DNA from: Candidatus Poribacteria bacterium
GTDB lineage: Bacteria; Poribacteria; WGA-4E; WGA-3G
DNA: 64,000 nucleotides
NCBI GenBank assembly: GCA_965215265.1
Contig: OZ244048.1
Span: 3,488,001 to 3,552,000, forward strand
Direction of reading: 5' to 3'
Shown piece by piece: positions 60,164 through 64,000 of this stretch; position 1 is the first letter of the stretch; each line of letters starts with the position of its first letter. Position numbers and translations under genes: made by a program. The notes beneath the pieces are model-generated. The model was not told where the DNA came from. It did not search any database and saw only the letters and a list, made by a program, of their open reading frames with translations.

Positions 60164-61024
60164 TTAGAGTATTTCACGTGTGAAGGTATAGACATGTCTT
60201 AGCCACGATGCGTAATAGATGCCATGCGCGTAACAGAAATAGAGAGTCTTTAAGATGACGATGCTGATGAGGCATGTGGCGAGCCCTGCAAGGATAATAA
60301 CATCCAACGTGCGGCATTTTGTGGTATGAAGAGAGGTGCGCGTTACAGCGGTGTCCGGGGAAAAGCCGCGGCTTTCTACGGATTCGCCCAAGTGAGTTGC
60401 CCGGCGGATGTTACTGGCTAAGATTGGACGGAAACTATTGAGGATACCCCGTGCAGTGGTTAAAAGATTGAGACGGAGGTAGCGGAAGCCGCGCAATCTC
60501 TGTGAACGGAGCACGATGGCGGTTTCATTAGCGATACCGGGGAGGAAATGAAGGGCAGTTGTTACCATGAATGCTAAAGGGGCAGGGACGCGGAGCTGCC
60601 CGAGTGCGATGAGCAGCTCACGTGGTGCGGTACTCCAGACGATGAAACAGCCGACGGTTAACGTGGTGTTAAAACGGATGGATTGGAGAATACCGTGGAA
60701 TAAACCTTCGCGGTAAAGCCGGATGCCTCCCGTCAGTTTCCCTAAAAATGGGAATTCTGGGGAAATGAAGGTAAGCAGCACGGTGCGCGGCGATTCGTTG
60801 TAGAAAATGCCTTGGCTGTAAACGATACCCCAGGTCGTAAAAAAGAGGATGCCGAATAGGAATTTCAATTGGCGGCGTGTCGGTTTTGAGACAGCGATGA
60901 GTGTTAAGCTAGCAAGGAAACCGGTGAGCAGTGCACTGGGGCTGTCGAGTATAATGACAACGCATCCTGTTATCGTCATGATGCCGATTTTTGTACGGGC
61001 ATCGAGCGTTGTTTTTTTGTGCAT
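60164..61024 (-). CDS. ECF transporter transmembrane T component
   Basis: 'LDARTK', 'SQRLRG', 'ESRGF' motifs. Confidence 0.85.
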   Translation of the reverse strand: MHKKTTLDARTKIGIMTITGCVVIILDSPSALLTGFLASLTLIAVSKPTRRQLKFLFGILFFTTWGIVYSQGIFYNESPRTVLLTFISPEFPFLGKLTGGIRLYREGLFHGILQSIRFNTTLTVGCFIVWSTAPRELLIALGQLRVPAPLAFMVTTALHFLPGIANETAIVLRSQRLRGFRYLRLNLLTTARGILNSFRPILASNIRRATHLGESVESRGFSPDTAVTRTSLHTTKCRTLDVIILAGLATCLISIVILKTLYFCYAHGIYYASWLRHVYTFTREIL

Positions 61025-61187
61025 AGTGTTTTTTTTACCTCCTGTTGCATGCTATAACTGTGGGAATGGACTGCTGAGCACAATACCTAAAAGCCTCCGG
61101 TAGACGAGGTGCCAACCTCACCGGTCACAAGATTTAAATCATAGTAACTCTACTATAATCCCATAAGATGAGCGATAAGTCGTCCGC

Positions 61188-62756
61188 CTATAAATTCTGT
61201 AGTTTGTGATGTTCAGGGGTGCCGTCAAAAATTAATTGTCCTTTGTGTAGGCATAGTACCCGGTGTGCATATTTCAGAGTAAGTTCCGGATCGTGTGTTG
61301 TGAAGATTAGCGTTCTCTTATCTCGTTGGATGTGTTGGCAGAGCTCGTTCATTAATTGGTGGCTGTGCTGGGTGTCCTGCCCGGTTGTGGGTTCGTCAAG
61401 CAGCAAAAGGTCTGGCTGTAGTGCAGAAATTGCGGCGACGGCGACGCGTTGGCGTTGCCCGCGTGAGAGCGCGTATGGTGGTTCGTAGGCGAAAGTGTAT
61501 ATGTCAAATTGAGAGAGTGTGTCCTTGAGGCGGTGTTGGACAGTTTTGGGGTGTAATTTTAGGTTTTTGAGTCCAAATGCGACTTCATCGCCGACGGTTT
61601 CGGCTTGTAACAGGAGATCAGGATTCTGAAAGACAATGCCGACTTTCCCTACGAATTGGTGGAGTTTGTTAGTCTTTATAGTTTCGCCGTTCAGTAGAAT
61701 TTCACCGGCTGTTGGGCGTAGGAGTCCTGTGATGAGGTGGATTAACGTTGTCTTACCGGAGCCGTTTTCACCCATGATGGCGATAACTTCCGCGCGGTTG
61801 ACTTCGCAAGAGATTGACTTTAGCACCTCAGATTTAGCATTCGGGTAGGTGAAGGTGAGATTTTGGGTTTTGAGGATGGTTGCTTGCGTAGTGGACTTAA
61901 CGCCGCCATCCTCACTTGTCAAGCCGGAATGTACTTTAATCTTACTATGCTTCGTTGTCAGCGGGGGGCTCACGGCATCCGTGCTATCCTGCCTTATTAG
62001 AGGTGTGGATTGAGGTGGTTGTACACCTAGACGGCGGTATGGTTCTAGGTAGAGAAATGCCTTCCGTCTGGGTAGATTCAATGTGAGCGTCCCGTTGTGG
62101 AGGAGCCAGACACGGTTACATAGAGACGCGACTGCGGCGGTTCTGTGGGTTGCAAGGAGGACAGTGATTCCGCGTTGAAGGTTCAATTTTTTGACAATAT
62201 CGAGAATGTTTTTGGCAGCGCGAGGGTTAAGGTAGCTTGTAGGTTCGTCAAGGAGAAGTACCCTCGGTTGCATTGCGCAGAGGCATGCGAGAGCGACTCG
62301 CTGTTTTTCGCCGCTGGAAATTTCTGCGGTGCGCCGGTTACGGAATCCGGGTAAGCCGACCTGTTGCAGTGCTGCGTCGATGCGATGCGAAATTTGCGCA
62401 GGTGCGGTGCCGAGGTTTTCGAGTCCAAAGGCGATTTCATCTTCAACGTGCGTGCAAAATAGCTGCCGGTCGGGTTCTTGGAATAAGAGGCTGACGTGTC
62501 TGCAAGTTTGCACGAGGGGTTGTTCAGAGACGTTTTGTCCGTCTACCTGCACGTTGCCGGTGAGAGAGCCTGCGGATGCATGGGGTATTAATCCGTTGAT
62601 GGTTCGCAAGAGTGTGGATTTGCCTGAGCCAGTCGGTCCGGTGAGCAGCACGAAGTCTCCGGGCGCGACGGTGGCGGTGATGTTCCGGAGCGTGGGGCTG
62701 TCGCGGCTCGGGTAGGTAAAAGAGAGATTATCTAAGCGTATTTCTCCCATAGACAT
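61188..62756 (-). CDS. ECF transporter duplicated ATPase
   Basis: Two NBDs: GPTGSGKS/ISSGEKQR/DEPT and GENGSGKT/LSRGQRQR/DEPTTGQD. Confidence 0.92.
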   Translation of the reverse strand: MSMGEIRLDNLSFTYPSRDSPTLRNITATVAPGDFVLLTGPTGSGKSTLLRTINGLIPHASAGSLTGNVQVDGQNVSEQPLVQTCRHVSLLFQEPDRQLFCTHVEDEIAFGLENLGTAPAQISHRIDAALQQVGLPGFRNRRTAEISSGEKQRVALACLCAMQPRVLLLDEPTSYLNPRAAKNILDIVKKLNLQRGITVLLATHRTAAVASLCNRVWLLHNGTLTLNLPRRKAFLYLEPYRRLGVQPPQSTPLIRQDSTDAVSPPLTTKHSKIKVHSGLTSEDGGVKSTTQATILKTQNLTFTYPNAKSEVLKSISCEVNRAEVIAIMGENGSGKTTLIHLITGLLRPTAGEILLNGETIKTNKLHQFVGKVGIVFQNPDLLLQAETVGDEVAFGLKNLKLHPKTVQHRLKDTLSQFDIYTFAYEPPYALSRGQRQRVAVAAISALQPDLLLLDEPTTGQDTQHSHQLMNELCQHIQRDKRTLIFTTHDPELTLKYAHRVLCLHKGQLIFDGTPEHHKLQNL

Positions 62757-62971
62757 GTTAAGATGCTGCCGCGTATCGTGCTCGCGAGCTCATTGCCGAC
62801 GCACGGAGAGTGTACTAAAGTGCCTAAAGTTGTTTGATGTCTGCGACCTGTCTGTTCGTAGTAGCGCGATTGATTGTGCGTCTCTATAAACAAACCGGCC
62901 GCGTGCGGCACACTAAGTGGGTGGACGGCTACAAACCTTTGCAGCGGATATCGCGAACTAGAGATGCATTG

Positions 62972-64000
62972 CTATTCTAATCCTTCGATGCGGACTGGTA
63001 CAGATCCGAAGAGCTGCTCCAAGTGTCGCGTAACGGCATCTTGGAATGCTGCGAAGGTGTCTTGGGCACCGTGCTTGAAATCGTCATGAAGCTGCGCGTG
63101 CTGGGCTCGGACTCTGTTGAAGAGGTTTTGCACGTAGTTCTGTACTTCATTGAGCCGGTCACTCTGTGCCTTGGCGAATTTGGCGATAGCGGTTTTGAAG
63201 GCATCCAGTTCGGCGGCGAGGTATTGCTTGAAGACGGAATTCTGGAATCCGGCTAATGCCTCGTATGCGGCGTACTTGAAATCTTCGTGAATTTTGTCGT
63301 ACTCTGCCTTCACCCGTTTAAAGAGTTGATGGGCGTACTGATTGATATCAGCGATGCGTTCGCCCTGGGTTGTTGCAAACTGCTCGACGCGTGCTTTAAA
63401 GGCATCCATCTCTTGGTTTAAGAGGTTTCTGAAATCGGCAACAGCGACGGTGTAGCGGGTTGTCTTCTCCAAGTGGTATCCCATGACAGCGAGGCGTACG
63501 GCTTCAGGGAACATGCTTCGGTGATTCTTGAGGACTTTGACGAGATATCGGAAGTATGCTGGCCCCTGTTTAGAAAAGAGCTGCCGTTGCATTGATCGGA
63601 AGAAAGCGAAGAGTTCTTCGGTGCCGACGCTCCTGACGTTGTGGCCTGTGGGGCGCATGTGCTGTAAAAGCGTTAAGCAGCGTTCAAAATAGTTTTCCAA
63701 TTTGGAATCGTAAAGGGTTGAGACGACGCGGCGGTATTCTGCCATGAGTTTGTCACGTGGCATTTCTGGTATGAAATTGAGGCTCATATCGGTATTGTTG
63801 CCGCTGGATTCCTCTAAGAGTCGATTTTCGCGCTTTAATCGGTACCAGAGATCAGTCTCCTTTAAGGCAGTGAGGAGTCCTGCCATTGCCATAGGAATGC
63901 CTGCATCCTGAATAAATTTGATGTGCGAATCGAATTCGGTGTCTCCATCTAATCCGACAATAAAGCCGCCTGTGACTTCTAGGCCTTTGTTCTGTATCTT
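62972..64000 (-). CDS. Radical SAM protein (B12-binding/DUF4070 type), C-terminal part; 5' end outside window
   Basis: Frame is open to the window edge: KIQNKGLEVTGGFIVGLDGD...FIQDAGIPMAMAGLLTAL..T.L..RL..E.RL...NFIP. Confidence 0.8.
   Translation of the reverse strand, partial: KIQNKGLEVTGGFIVGLDGDTEFDSHIKFIQDAGIPMAMAGLLTALKETDLWYRLKRENRLLEESSGNNTDMSLNFIPEMPRDKLMAEYRRVVSTLYDSKLENYFERCLTLLQHMRPTGHNVRSVGTEELFAFFRSMQRQLFSKQGPAYFRYLVKVLKNHRSMFPEAVRLAVMGYHLEKTTRYTVAVADFRNLLNQEMDAFKARVEQFATTQGERIADINQYAHQLFKRVKAEYDKIHEDFKYAAYEALAGFQNSVFKQYLAAELDAFKTAIAKFAKAQSDRLNEVQNYVQNLFNRVRAQHAQLHDDFKHGAQDTFAAFQDAVTRHLEQLFGSVPVRIEGLE

Noticed and set aside
62815-62830. CTAAAGT-GC-CTAAAGT mini tandem repeat
   Set aside because: Two copies of 7 bp; expected by chance in 64 kb
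1-64000. CRISPR array, rRNA, tRNA, intact transposase or integrase
   Set aside because: No regularly spaced repeats, recognisable rRNA/tRNA motifs, or DDE/tyrosine recombinase ORFs were seen by eye

Overview
Bacterial chromosomal window, about 45-50% GC by eye, with roughly 50 genes. Tandem PhyH dioxygenases, LamG proteins ending in a 'K-x-TTTWGxxK' tail, DUF6785/6784-like membrane proteins, a sulfatase and a YfbK-type vWA gene resemble Candidatus Poribacteria (inference only). The first ~8 kb is a decaying accessory region. Pseudogene debris (truncated ThuA, an Mrp/ApbC fragment, a broken DUF6785-like gene, a frameshifted LamG) surrounds an AT-rich two-gene module: a C5 DNA methyltransferase and a MORC/GHKL ATPase with a C-terminal GIY-YIG(T5orf172)-like domain. 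The middle holds envelope and housekeeping genes: M28 peptidase, CtpA, LpxL-like acyltransferase, PorV-like barrel, TatT/TatP, YgfZ/GcvT-like protein, a 1284-aa DUF4097-CBM9-POTRA-Omp85 fusion, xylA, adk, aroKB and an uncharacterised four-gene A-B-A'-B' membrane cluster (DUF6754-like). A type III R-M locus has its mod gene frameshifted at a G9 tract. The end has an nfeD-nfeD-floA-floA-amidase-epimerase run, sugar kinase/isomerase genes, ECF components and a partial radical SAM gene. No rRNA, tRNA, CRISPR array or intact transposase/integrase was recognised. Best candidates for undescribed systems: the four-gene membrane complex, the MTase + MORC-GIY-YIG module, the Omp85 fusion, and the poly-G/C tracts at both R-M loci. 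Family and DUF names are from motif recall and need HMM confirmation.
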